A DNA stretch of 64,000 bases from Macrostomum lignano (Eukaryota): positions 62,001 through 126,000 of the forward strand of contig NIVC01000646.1 in assembly GCA_002269645.1 (NCBI GenBank), written 5' to 3'. Positions 36,418-50,037 of this stretch are shown here, one piece after another. Numbering within the stretch: the stretch's first letter is position 1; every line of letters begins with the position of its first letter. Both the position numbers and the translations under genes were made by a program. The notes beneath the pieces were generated by a model. It saw only the letters and a list, made by a program, of their open reading frames with translations. It was not told the DNA's origin and did not search any database.

Positions 36418-36868
36418 CCATCTCGTCCACCCGGTCGGACATGGACAGCGTCACGCCGATGAGGATGACGCACATGGCCAGCAGGGCGAAGGCCACCGCC
36501 ATGACGATCCGCGCCACACGCCGCTGCTTGGCCGTGGGCGGCCCGGCCTCCGAGTCGATGAGCACCGTCGGCGGGTCCGGCTCGCCTCGATAATCGCCGC
36601 CGCCGCCGCCGATGTCGTCGCCGCCACTGCCGACATTAGCCGCGGCCTTGCCGGAGCCGCCGCTGAGCAGCTCCAGCGTCGACATCGGCGCCAAATCGAC
36701 GCCGTCAAGAGCGAAGCCGCCGATGTCGCCTTCGACGTCGGCATCGTTGTGGCTATCGGCACCCGATGAGTGACGGCGCTGGCGGTGGCGCTGACGGCCA
36801 GTCGATTCGGACCCTGCGGACGTCCCCTCCGTGGCGGCGAGATCGTCAGCTTGGAGAGCCGCGTGCAT
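36418..36868 (-). CDS. uncharacterised single-pass membrane protein, main exon
   Basis: GC-rich codon-like ORF from ATG 36868 (it could extend 5' through the acceptor at ~36882). Disordered N-terminal part, then a basic-hydrophobic segment RRVARIVMAVAFALLAMCVILIGVTLSM, ending at ATG G|GTGAGC. Confidence 0.7.
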
Positions 36869-36957
36869 CGCGAAATCAGATCTGGAGACTGTCAGGGGAG
36901 TCAGGGGAGTGAGGGGATCTAAGAGTCAGGGGCAGTCGCCTAAATTGACGCCAGTTC

Positions 36958-37492
36958 GGGCGCCAAAACTGACATCAACTGGTGGCGCCAAAACTGACAT
37001 CAGCTGGTGGCGCCAAAACTGACATTAGCTGGTGGCGCCAAAACTGACATCAGCTGGTGGCGCCAAAACTGACATTAGCTGGAGGGGCCAAAACTGGAAT
37101 CACCTGGTGGCGCCAAAACTGACATTAGCTGGTGGGGCCAAAACTGGAATCACCTAGTGGCGCCAAAACTGACATTAGCTGGAGGGGCCAAAACTGGAAT
37201 CACCTGGTGGCGCCAAAACTGACATTAGCTGGTGGCGCCAAAACTGACATCAGCTGGTGGCGCCAAAACTGACATTAGCTGGTGGCGCCAAAACTGGAAT
37301 CAGCTGGTGGCGCCAAAACTGACATTAGCTGGAGGGGCCAAAACTGGAATCACCTGGTGGCGCCAAAACTGACATTAGCTGGTGGCGCCAAAACTGACAT
37401 CAGCTGGTGGCGCCAAAACTGGAATCAGCTGGTGGTGCCAAAACTGGAATCAGCTGGTGGCGCCAAAACTGGAATCAGCTGGTGGCGCCAAG
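36958..37492. repeat. 25-bp minisatellite (GCTGGTGGCGCCAAAACTGACATTA), about 21 copies
   Basis: Direct reading. Confidence 0.95.
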
Positions 37493-38409
37493 TTGTCGGC
37501 GCTAATATCGACAGTCAAAATTGGCGTCATTCGGAGATCAGAAGATTTACGAGCTCTTAACGCATGTCCTGTCGCTGGTCCAAAACTCGTGCCCCAGTCA
37601 TCATTCATCACGTAGAGATCAGCTGCAGAAAATGTCTAAAACAGGTCGCACAAAAAAAATTTGACCCTAATCCCGTTGGATCCCACTGGCAGCCAGAGTA
37701 TGGCTCTATAGAATTCAGTTCACGGGTGAACGCGCGCCCAGTCACGAAGTACTAGACGTAGCATCTGGAGTGGAAACTATTGCCAGACATTTGAAAGCAA
37801 CCTGCATCTCTACCGCGGCTCAGGGCTGCTGTCCGATCATAGCAGGGTGAATTGGAGTTCACTTCAATTTGCCAATAGCCGCTCCCTGTGTACTAACCGC
37901 GGCCAGCTTTGCTTAACTTGCAGTCCTGGCGTCTAGAGCTATCCAATTTTGTAGAATGCTATCCAGTTTTGGCGCCTGCAGCCTGTGTTTCATTCACATG
38001 ATGAAGAACACGAGGCAGAACATCCCTGCCTAAAATTCTCCCACAAGAAATCATTCAGAATCGGCCAAAATGCGCATTTCAATTTGAGAACAATAAGCGC
38101 AATAAGCAGAGCTCTCAGCTATGCTGCTCCTGTTTCGCATTTTCTGTCTTTCTCAGTCCCGTTCTATTCAGAGCTCCAGCCTCCATTGTGATTGAGCGAG
38201 CTTCATCGGACCCAGCAATATGGCTGAGACTGAAGCTGAGCGAAAATGCAGATATAAAAGTGCAAAACGGTTGAGCAGTTTTCGGCTGGGAAAATTTAGA
38301 AGGCTGATTCTGTCATTTTAGTCTGCTTTCAATATCTTTTGCCCTTTGTATACTAGTAGTCTGAACCCTGCCATTTTATCCGTCTATTCAGCTGCATGTC
38401 TGCCTTTCC

Positions 38410-39000
<591 letters not shown>

Positions 39001-39848
39001 GCATTCCTGTCCGAAATGCTCACTCCAGCCCGCACCGAGAGGAACTCGGTGCACGGGAACTTGCCCGAACACTCTCAGCACTAGTCCGTGCAGTGTGATC
39101 CCCACACGCATTAGTGGACACTCAGATTCGCTGGTGGGGCATGCTGGTCAGTTTCCCACACTCAACATAGTCAGTCAGCATTATACAAGCATCTGTCGCC
39201 TCAGCATTTCGCAAGCTCGTGCAGCATATAGCAAGCATTTGCGTGAGCTGGGAATCAGAGCCAAGCCACTCGTCTACAACCTCAAGAACGAGTCGCAGCT
39301 TGAATTCTCCGCGGTCTTTAATGTGAAGAATTTCTTATTCTATACTATTCTATTATTCTTTCCTTCGTGCATTTAGTGAATGCACTCTCCCTGCATTCTA
39401 CTGATGAATATTTCATGGCAAGCGCCGACCCTATCAGGGCTGGGACATCCAGACCAGCGCATGGCTATGCTATGGACCAAGCCGTCTCTTGTCTGTCCAA
39501 CTCATCGCCCTCTACCCCGCCTTATCCCGCCAAGCTTATGGCCGAGATGCATTACAGAGATTGTTTTGTCATTCCTGCCAGTCTTTTATACGGCTTTTAG
39601 TACGATCTCGGATCGATTTGATAGAATATATATAGCTATCATCGCATTTCTAGTTGACTAGCGGGGAAATTTCGCCATCATAATAATTTAACGTTACAAG
39701 CGCCACATTTCCTTTGGGAGGCGATTACAACCGCAAGTGTGGTTGTTACTCGTAGTAGAGAAGCATGTTTTCTATAGTTTATCTGCTGATTGAATGCCCA
39801 GACTCGTTAGGGAGGACTCCCCCTCTCTGTGCAATTCTGTTTGCAACT

Positions 39849-40172
39849 ATAATAATAATTATAATTATAATAATATATATCTGATTACACCTGCCCTGGT
39901 GGGCACATGTGCAACCGACAGCTCAGCCGCAGCTATTGCGCGACGCATCTGAAGGCTGCGTACAGCTGTTCAGTCCAAGGACTGGGGGGTCGCCACACAC
40001 CCTCAATTACCCCAGCTAATGCTGGCACCCATTTTACAGCTGGGTGAACTGAAGCAATGCAGAGTTAAGTGTCTTGCTCAAGGACACAAATTGTTCCGGT
40101 GGGATCGGGAATCGAACCCTTGACCCTCAAGTCGTGAGTCCCACGCTCTTACCACTAGGCTACAAGCCCTGC
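39849..40172 (-). mobile_element. tRNA-derived SINE with a CORE/Meta-type central domain and an AT-rich tail
   Basis: The minus strand has box A TAGCCTAGTGG and box B GGTTCGATTCC, then GTGTCCTTGAGCAAGACACTTAAC...CAGCTGTAAAATGGG (MIR core is CCTTGGGCAAGTCACTTAAC...CTGTAAAATGGG), then an (ATT)-like tail at 39849-39880. Confidence 0.82.
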
Positions 40173-41789
40173 AATTGTAAGTAGAATGTCTAAGCGTGGA
40201 GAGGGTTGGTGGAAATGGTTTCTTGAAGTCGGGTTTGTGAAATCTCTGAGGGATTTGTGAAATTTCTGTGGGGTTTGCGTGAAGAATCTGCTTTGTCAGC
40301 ACATCCCGAGTTTAGGAGTCGCTGAGATTGGGGCGTGAGAAAGGGAGAAGAGCTAAATTAATTGGCAAAAATGCGACGAGACTGTGGGAACTAAAAGCTG
40401 TTTAAATTGACAGCATAGAAAGATTCTAGTCCTCTTGCGTTGCGTGTTGACTTGCCCCCGTTTATCCGCGCACTGCCATGCACTCTCAATTTCATTGAGT
40501 CCTTAGACTAGCTAAAGGGGCGGCTGGGATGATTTTTTGAGTCCATTTTCAGAGCAACATCTACTCCTGATGCTCGATAGTTAAACTGACCTGTTTTAGT
40601 TGTCGGCTCTGTTGAATGGCAATAATTTACTAACATCTATATTTGGTGCAAATCACGGATATATTTAATCCCCTACGCTTTGTTCCGCGTAGGAGCAGGG
40701 CTATTGGGATCGAACAGCAATTAGTTTGAAAAATTGATTTCTGCCCTTACCTTTACACCTTCCGAGGGGAACTACTGGATGGGGATCAAAAAGGGATCGA
40801 GCCGGAGGCGGAAACAAAGGCTCTAAGCAGAATCCCACAGGAGATGAGGCAATCGTGGCCCGAGGGAATTTGAAAGCTACTGTAGAGCTGGGGATTCGGA
40901 GAGAGGATCAAACTGAGGATCTGGGTGAGGATCGTCCGCGTAACCGATATAAACTTACCGATTTGAAGTTAGGCTGCTGCGGTCGCTTCGCCTACTTTCT
41001 GGCTTTGCTCTGGCAATCGTCACCAGATTGGAGACTCCGAAATTGAGAGAGAGGGAGGGAGGGAGCCGGGAAGAGGCCAGGTGGCGGCAATGCGGGTTGC
41101 GCGACAGACAATAGAAGGAAGATATGGCGATGCAGGGGAGACTGCGCGGCTCTGGCAGTGACTGGCTGAGAGTCGCAAGCTGGGCAGGGCCGGATGGAGG
41201 GGGGAGCAGAAATTTTCTAGCTAGCTATTGCTTCTAGAAGACGGGAAGCAGCAAGCAGCAGCTCGAGTGAAGCACGAGCGCACCTAGTTCCGCGCTCACT
41301 TACTGCAGGGATCTGAATTATGCACTGCATTCAGGAAGGGGATTGAGTGGGGTGGGGAGGCAAGAGGAGGAAGGGGAGTCCAGAGCTAAGCTCCCAATAG
41401 CAGGGGCTGCTTGACATCCAATCCGGTATGGAGTAGCCGCGGGGCACTGAGAGGATAGGGAGGTTGATGTTTTCTGATCAGGACAGCGCTCGGCTCGAGT
41501 GGATTTCTATTAAAATTGACACGCACACCTGTTTAAAACCTGCGGTAATACATTCGGGACTCGAGTAGCAATTGGGGCGGGGCTATGCTTGAAGACAGCT
41601 AGAGAAGGATTCTAATCGCAAAAAGCTATAAACCACCACCCCGTTGAATCACTATTCCCCAACTCGAATTTCGGTTCGACTATGAAGACTTGAATGCATA
41701 TCCATATACTAAAAATGTTTTTTTTCCAGATTTTCCAAAATCCCAGACTCGAATCCCTTGACCCCAAACTCAAGTATTTGACTCAATAA

Positions 41790-42648
41790 TCAAATTCCTT
41801 GATTCAATACTCAAAACCCTGGCCCCAGATTTGAATCCTTTGACCCCAGACTCAAATCCCTGACCCAGACTCGCCAGGTTCGAATTCCTGACTTAGACTT
41901 AAATCCCTGACCCAGACTTGCCAGGTTCGAATCTCTGACTTCGCACTCGAATCCCTAATCTCAGACTCGAATCCTTGCCTTGCCTCTAGACTCTAATCCC
42001 TAATCCCAGACTCGAATCCCTGATCTCAGACTCGAATTCCTGACTTCAGACTCAAATCCCTGACCCAGACTCGCCAGGTTTTAATCTCTGACTTCAGACT
42101 CGAATCCCTAATCTCAGACTCGAATCCTTGCCTTGACTCTAGACTCTAATCCCTAATCACAGACTCGAATCCCTGATCTCAGACTCGAATTCCTGACTTC
42201 AGACTCAAATCCCTGACCCAGACTCGCCAGGTTCGAATCTCTGACTTCGCACTCGAATCCCTAATCTCAGACTCGAATCCTTGCCTTGACTCTAGACTCT
42301 AATCCCTAATCCCAGACTCGAATCCCTAATCTCAGACTTGAATCCTTGCCTTGACTCTAGACTCTAATCCCTAATATCAGACTCGAATCCCTAATCTCAG
42401 ACTCGAATCCCTAATCTCAGGCTCGAATCCCTGACCTCAGACTAAAATCCCTGACCTCAGACTCGAATCCCTAATCTCAGACTCGAATCCCTAATCTCAG
42501 ACTCGAATCCCTAATCTCAGACTCGAATCCCTGACTTCAGACTCGAATCCCTGACTTCAGACTAGAATCCCTAATCTCAGACTCGAATCCCTAATCTCAG
42601 ACTCGAATCCCTGACTTCAGACTCGAATCCCTGACCCCAGACTCGAAT
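41790..42648. repeat. 20-bp minisatellite (CAGACTCGAATCCCTAATCT) with higher-order blocks
   Basis: Direct reading. Confidence 0.92.
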
Positions 42649-43132
42649 CTATATATATGATCTTCCTTAGCTTAAGGTTGATTCGAATCGCCCAAGTTTG
42701 AACAATTTGAACTCACTCACCGCCTTTGTCTATACGAGCTAAATGGAGATTTCATATTTTGCAGCCATAAAAAGGACTGCAAGATGCAAACCATGCAGGT
42801 ACTTACAGCCTTCTGAGAACCTGCAGCGTCAGCTAAAACTGGCTATTAGGAATCTTAATTATACTACTTACATGAAGTAGTAGTAGCAAGAGGCATTACC
42901 AATATTTTATTTACTTGAAAAGTCCCGTTTTTAAACACAAAAAACCAACAGTCATGAAACTGCCGCACAGCATCAATAATTCGTTTCTCTGCCCAAACGA
43001 AAACAAATAACATTTAACCCTTTAGGAGCTTTCATTTTGTTTATTGAAATTCAATGCAATGTAGCAACTTGCTAACCACTTTAACTCAAACGCACTAATC
43101 AAACGCCTCATCTGCGCACTAGCGAATGTTTC

Positions 43133-43639
43133 TCAGTCTGCCCCGTCCCCGTTCTCATCGCCGTCGTCGCCGCCGCCCTCCTCGTCGTCGTCTTCGTCAC
43201 CATCGGAGTCCTCGTCGCCGCTGACCTCCTTATTAGCCAGTTCGAGGTCTTCGAGTTTCTGTTTCAGCTCGGCCTCCTCAGTGTCCGAGATGACCCACGG
43301 CTCGCGTTTGATGCTGAACACGCCGCCGCGACCCTCGATATTGGCCTTGACGTCGTCCAGGGCGGCGCGCATCTTGACGAGGCCTTCCTGCCTATCCAGC
43401 GTTGAAGTGGTCACCACGTATTCAGGCGGCGCAATCAGGTTAATGTGCAACGGGAACTCCTCGGTGGCGTGCTTTAGACCGGCCTTCAGCGCGGCTTTAA
43501 CAGCGTCGATGCCTTCGTAGGTGAAGCAGGACACCTCGATGTCGCTGCGGATTCGCACTGACTGCGGCATCAGGCGCCGCCGGATGTTTTCTAGCAGCAC
43601 CTCCTTGGCCTGGTCGTCGATCTCGCATTCGTTCAGAAC
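43133..43639 (-). CDS. EIF2S1: eukaryotic translation initiation factor 2 subunit alpha, exon 2
   Basis: VLNECEIDDQAKEVLLENIRRRLMPQSVRIRSDIEVSCFTYEGIDAVK...INLIAPPEYV, with an acidic C-terminal tail. TGA at 43135-43133. Confidence 0.95.
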   Translation of the reverse strand, partial: VLNECEIDDQAKEVLLENIRRRLMPQSVRIRSDIEVSCFTYEGIDAVKAALKAGLKHATEEFPLHINLIAPPEYVVTTSTLDRQEGLVKMRAALDDVKANIEGRGGVFSIKREPWVISDTEEAELKQKLEDLELANKEVSGDEDSDGDEDDDEEGGGDDGDENGDGAD

Positions 43640-43691
43640 CTTCAATGCGCGAGTTTTGTTTTGTTACTAAAAGCCTTTTAAGCTTTAGAGC

Positions 43692-46360
43692 AGGTAACTG
43701 AGGGAATAGGGGCTGGGTAGCAACTGTAACTGAGGGATTAGGGACAGGGTAGCAGCTGTAACTGAGGGATTAGGGGCAGGGTAGCAGCTGTAACTGAGGG
43801 ATTAGGGACAGGGTAGCAGCCATAACTGAGGGATTAGGGGCAGGGTAGCAGCTGTAACTGAGGGATTAGGGACAGGGTAGCAACTGTAACTGAGGGATTA
43901 GGGACAGGGTAGCAACTGTAACTGAGGGATTAGGGACAGGGTAGCAACTGTAACTGAGGGATTAGGGACAGGGTAGCAACTGTAACTGAGGGATTAGGGG
44001 CAGGGTAGCAGCTGTAACTGAGGGATTTGGGACAGGGTAGCAACTGTAACCGAGGGATTTGGGGCAGGTAGCAGCTGTAACTGAGGGATTAGGGACAGGG
44101 TAGCAGCTGTAACTGAGGGATTAGGGACAGGGTAGCAGCTGTAACTGAGGGATTTGGGACAGGGTAGCAACTGTAACCGAGGGATTTGGGGCAGGTAGCA
44201 GCTGTAACTGAGGGATTAGGGACAGGGTAGCAGCTGTAACTGAGGGATTAGGGACAGGGTAGCAGCCATAACTGAGGGATTAGGAACAGGGTAGCAGCTG
44301 TAACTGAGGGATTAGGGACAGGGTAGCAGCTGTAACTGAGGGATTAGGACAGGGTAGCAGCTGTAACTGAGGGATTAGGGACAGGGTAGCAACTGTAACT
44401 GAGGGATTAAGGACAGGGTAGCAACTGTAACTGAGGGATTAGGGACAGGGTAGCAACTGTAACTGAGGGATTAGGGACAGGGTAGCAGCTGTAACCGAGG
44501 GATTTGGGGCAGGTAGCAGCTGTAACTGAGGGATTTGGGACAGGGTAGCAGCTGTAACTGAGGGATTAGGGACAGGGTAGCAGCTGTAGCTGAGGGATTA
44601 AGGACAGGGTAGCAACTGTAACTGAGGGATTAGGGACAGGGTAGCAACTGTAACTGAGGGATTAGGGACAGGGTAGCAGCTGTAACTGAGGGATTTGGGA
44701 CAGGGTAGCAACTGTAACTGAGGGATTAGGGACAGGGCAGCAGCTGTAACTGAGGGATTAGGGACAGGGTAGCAACTGTAACTGAGGGATTAGGGACAGG
44801 GCAGCAGCTGTAACTGAGGGATTAGGGACAGGGTAGCAGCTGTAACTGAGGGATTAGGGACAGGGCAGCAGCTGTAACTGAGGGATTAGGGACAGGGTAG
44901 CAACTGTAACTGAGGGATTAGGGACAGGGTAGCAGCTGTAACTGAGTGATTAGGACAGGGTAGCAGCTGTAACTGAGGGATTAGGGACAGGGTAGCAACT
45001 GTAACTGAGGGATTAGGGACAGGGTAGCAACTGTAACTGAGGGATTAGGGACAGGGTAGCAACTGTAACTGAGGGATTAGGGACAGGGTAGCAACTGTAA
45101 CTGAGGGATTAGGGACAGGGTAGCAGCCATAACTGAGGGATTAGGAACAGGGTAGCAGCTGTAACTGAGGGATTAGGGACAGGGTAGCAGCTGTAACTGA
45201 GGGATTAGGACAGGGTAGCAGCTGTAACTGAGGGATTAGGGACAGGGTAGCAACTGTAACTGAGGGATTAGGGACAGGGTAGCAACTGTAACTGAGGGAT
45301 TAGGGGCAGGGTAGCAACTGTAACTGAGGGATTAGGGACAGGGTAGCAACTGTAACTGAGGGATTAGGGGCAGGGTAGCAACTGTAACTGAGGGATTAGG
45401 GACAGGGTAGCAACTGTAACTGAGGGATTAGGGACAGGGTAGCAGCTGTAACCGAGGGATTTGGGGCAGGTAGCAGCTGTAACTGAGGGATTTGGGACAG
45501 GGTAGCAGCTGTAGCTGAGGGATTAAGGACAGGGTAGCAACTGTAACTGAGGGATTAGGGACAGGGTAGCAACTGTAACTGAGGGATTAGGGACAGGGTA
45601 GCAGCTGTAACCGAGGGATTTGGGGCAGGTAGCAGCTGTAACTGAGGGATTTGGGACAGGGTAGCAGCTGTAACTGAGGGATTTGGGACAGGGTAGCAGC
45701 TGTAGCTGAGGGATTAAGGACAGGGTAGCAACTGTAACTGAGGGATTAGGGACAGGGTAGCAACTGTAACTGAGGGATTAGGGACAGGGTAGCAGCTGTA
45801 ACTGAGGGATTTGGGACAGGGTAGCAACTGTAACTGAGGGATTAGGGACAGGGCAGCAGCTGTAACTGAGGGATTAGGGACAGGGTAGCAGCTGTAACTG
45901 AGGGATTAGGGACAGGGCAGCAGCTGTAACTGAGGGATTAGGGACAGGGTAGCAGCTGTAACTGAGGGATTAGGGACAGGGCAGCAGCTGTAACTGAGGG
46001 ATTAGGGACAGGGTAGCAACTGTAACTGAGGGATTAGGGACAGGGTAGCAACTGTAACTGAGGGATTAGGACAGGGTAGCAGCTGTAACTGAGGGATTAG
46101 GGACAGGGTAGCAACTGTAACTGAGGGATTAGGGACAGGGTAGCAACTGTAACTGAGGGATTAAGGACAGGGTAGCAACTGTAACTGAGGGATTAGGGAC
46201 AGGGTAGCAACTCTAACTGAGGGATTAGGGACAGGGTAGCAGCTGTAACTGAGGGATTCGGGGCAGGTAGCAGCTGTAACTGATGGATCAGGGACAGGGT
46301 AGCAGCCGTAACTGAGGGATTAGGGACAGGGTAGCAACTGTAACTGAGGGATTGTGACAG
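43692..46360. repeat. 32-bp minisatellite (GGGTAGCAGCTGTAACTGAGGGATTAGGGACA), about 83 copies, filling the eIF2-alpha intron
   Basis: Direct reading. Confidence 0.98.
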
Positions 46361-46415
46361 GGCAGCTGAAGAAAAGGAGAATTTGAAACAAAAAACAGCC
46401 AAGCGCAGCGCCCAC

Positions 46416-46892
46416 CTCAGGATTAGTGACGGAGTGCTTGAAGGTTTCAAAGCTGGCCCCGGGCCTGTTGTACTTGCGATCGAAATGCCAGGCAGTTTTG
46501 TTGTACAGCTCCTCCAGCTGTTCGTCCTTCTCGTAGCCCAGCTTTTCTCCGACGCGTTTCAAAATTTGATTGACAGCCTTGGCTTTGGCGAACTTCTCTT
46601 CGCATTTTTCCACTTCCTCCTGGGACACGCGCCGCTTGGATAGATCGATGTAGCCTTTGTTCTTGTCTACTCGGATCACCAGCACAACTTCGTTGCGACC
46701 GACTCGAATGAGCTTATTAATGGAGCGAATCCGCCGACGAGACAGCTCGGATAGCAGGATCATGCCCTCAATGTTGTTGTACTCCAATAGGTGCACATAG
46801 GCTCCCATCTCCTGGATGCTGCGCACGTTCACCATGACCACCTCTTCTAGTTCGGGGAACTTGCGTTCATAGTAGCGACAGGAGAGCGGCAT
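46416..46892 (-). CDS. EIF2S1: eukaryotic translation initiation factor 2 subunit alpha, exon 1
   Basis: [26 protein letters not shown]..., with an S1 domain and the conserved [13 protein letters not shown] (Ser51 phosphosite context). Donor GAG|GTGGGC. Joined CDS is 984 nt, giving 327 aa. Confidence 0.97.
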
Positions 46893-48647
46893 TGCTTTGC
46901 CTTCTAGTGCTGCAACATGCGGTACATGAATAGCAAACTATTGTGTAATTTCTGCCTGACTGCTGGACTGGATGGCTCTTCTGGGTCCAAGCTGAGCCAG
47001 ATCAGTTCACAATTAAATGAAATACCAATATATCTACCCTACCCATTACCAAACATGTGTAACACCCGGCCAATCCAGCTGGCTGGCGAGGGGCCTAACC
47101 AAGGTAAGTCACAAAAATGCCCATCAAAAACAGATGAAGTGCTAATTAGATGACGAGGCATTTAGCCTTAATAATACAGTTACAGTTACTCCTGCCGTTT
47201 ACCCATACTTATGTATTTTGCTATTTATTGTATTTAATAGGTAAGTTGCATTTTTGCTCAAAAAGTTGCATAGCCAGTATAAATCAATGGGGTTGCGCAT
47301 GTATGCCATTTACACTTCTAATTACTCAAATCTAACAATTGAATGAAATTTTGAAATTTAAAGAATTCCAATAATTATAAACTTATTGAAATCTTGAGAA
47401 AATGAGTAACAAAAATATGGAACTTAAAAATAAATAAATATATCTATCTTGAAAAATTAGGTTCAATTTTAATTACTGAAAATTGAACACATATACCTAT
47501 CTTAAAAAACAGAATGCCAATTTATTATACAGGGTCCAAATTTAGCTAAGTGTAGGATAGGATCCTAATTCCAATCCATTTATTAAAATTAGGGACTTCA
47601 ATGAGGGTTTAATGACTTGATAATATATATGCAAAAGGTAAATTTATATAAAAATAGTTTTTTTGCAAATAAATAACTTTGCAATGCTATTGCATAGAAT
47701 GAAAAGCAAATATAAACCATAGTCTAGATTATATTGGTCCATGCCCAAAAAAATTGAATAGTTACAAATGCATGCCAAAAAATGAGTGTATACCTATACT
47801 CTCAAATCTAGACTAATGTTGCAATAATAAATGACCTTTTTAGCAATATGTAAAGGACTTTTATTAACTAATAATTTGGTTGATTATTCATCTTTCTTGT
47901 CTATACTATTTATAGCACAAAACTGATACACATAAACATTTGTTCAAATGCTTTACTATAAGCTTAAAAAACTAAAAAGCTTGAAATTTATGCTTAAACT
48001 AAAAATCGAATTTTCTATCTTTTTTTCACTTAACTTAACACTAACTCTTTTGCATGATTTGATAAAGTGTATACCAGGTATGTATACATACTATTTCTTA
48101 GGGGTAATGCATGCCAACTAACTTTTGGCATGCAAGGTCAATGCATGTAGTGGTATAAAACCAAGACCACCACACTTAGGGAAGTATTTTAAATACTTCA
48201 TTGGGCATTGTTTCATATAATCAGACTCAAAGCCTATGTAGCTGCCCTATAGATTGCGCCATATTTTTAACTAGGCCCTATACCTTTAGCATGCCAATTG
48301 TGCCATATTTTTTATCATTGCTTTGAGCATGCCAAAAAAGCATGCCATAAACATCTGGCATACCATATACACACCAGAAAATTCCAGCATATCCGTCACT
48401 TTCCTTAGTATAGCAAAAGAGGAGATGAGTAGGTAGGAGAGCCAGTAGGACAAGGCTATGAGAGAGGAACCTATGAGAAGAATAGCAATGCTAGAAGATT
48501 AGTAGCTCCCCCTCAATACCAGTAGCCATTGATAGGTATAGCAGTCTTAGATTTTGGGGCATATACTAGGCCTACATGATCTAGAGACCAGAGTGTAGAA
48601 CAAACTAAAAAGAAACAAAAATTTTTTTATAGACTAAGACTAAAGCC

Positions 48648-49064
48648 ATAGTCAGGAAGGTGGCATAGTGTGCACTGGAATATTTTTTTTGCGCCGTCTT
48701 TGCGCTGTCTATGTGCCATTTGTACACTATCTGTGCACCATGTCTGTGCCCTTATTTTATGTATTTTACGTAATTTATGTAATTGATATAATTTACATAA
48801 TTTTTGTATTTCATGAGAAATTTACAAAATTCTTAAAATTCATGTACACTCAATATGCTACACCAGTTTTATGCTAATAAAGATTCTATTTTGATTCTTT
48901 ATGCACCAAAGTTGTGCATAGCACCACATATGTTAGGGACCTTATGCGCCGCATGCGCCAGGGACCTTAGTGTGCGCTATGATTATGCCACTCTGCACCA
49001 AGTGCACCAAGGACCCCTTGTGTGTGCCAGAATTTTCCATGGCAAAAGCCACCTTCCTGACTAT
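48648..49064. mobile_element. MITE, 417 bp, with a perfect 17-bp TIR (ATAGTCAGGAAGGTGGC)
   Basis: 48648-48664 is the exact reverse complement of 49048-49064. Confidence 0.8.
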
Positions 49065-49333
49065 AGGACTAGAGAAACATTTTATAGGCCTAAATATATA
49101 CCTGGCTTTCATTGGGATGATAACTATATCATATTTTATAAAAGAATTATTAGAATCTATAATACAAAATAGGGGCTTTTAGGCCTAGTTGGGTAGTTTA
49201 TAGTTTTGAAATTGAAAAAAATAATAATTTCAAGCATAATAGCTTAATTTAGGCCTATAGGCCTAAATTTAAAATACAAAGCCAATATAATAAACTTTTT
49301 TCAATTATTAACCATTTTTTGTATTAGATATAT

Positions 49334-50037
49334 GGCATTCTTTTGTCTTACGATGCCTGCTATGCATTTCAATGGGATGGCCCCCATTCGTTTTACGATA
49401 CCCATAGAAAGCATATGGCATAGGCGTGATGGTGTAGTTTCTGTATAATTTTCGTTTTATGGCTATACACGTATTTTGTATTTCGTATACTTGACCGATT
49501 GTTGTTCATTAATGAAAGTCAAGCTATATATTCCGTTTCATTTTACGATGCCTTTGGTGTAATTCAGTCTATTATGGGCATCGCAAAACGAAAGTGAGGG
49601 GGGAGGGTTACTTTGGGTCCTTAAATTGGTTTACCGCTTTTGTCTCCTCTTCTTTATCAATTCACAGGACTCTTCATATAATGTATGAGTTCGAGTCTGA
49701 GAGTAATAATAGCTATAATATCCGTTTCATTTCGCAATGCCCCAGACGTTGTAATTATTCTTATTCATAAGGCATCGTAAAATGAAACAGATTATAATGG
49801 CTCGATAGCTTCAGTTGCTAATGAGGGCAGACACAATGTTAAAGTGCGTGAGTTGTGACATTTTCGTGGAAATACAGTCAGAAGTACAAACCAACTATGT
49901 GACTGAATTTAAGACCTTTGAAACACTACACTCTTCCGTCGTAAAGTATATATTTTAAAAGCCTTCTTGCTTATTTAACATGGGCATCGTAAGACGAAAA
50001 AGATACAATTTTGGGCATCGTAAGACAAAAGAATGCC
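49334..50037. mobile_element. MITE, about 700 bp, with a perfect 24-bp TIR (GGCATTCTTTTGTCTTACGATGCC) and a probable 8-bp TSD (Merlin/hAT-like)
   Basis: 49334-49357 matches 50014-50037. Flanks are AGATATAT and AGATATAC. The internal motif TTTTACGATGCC / GGCATCGTAA recurs several times. Confidence 0.85.

Noticed and set aside
41261-41288. Helitron-like 3' end (GCTCG..CGAGC hairpin, then CTAG|T)
   Set aside because: No matching 5' end could be identified, and short hairpin-CTAG combinations occur by chance.
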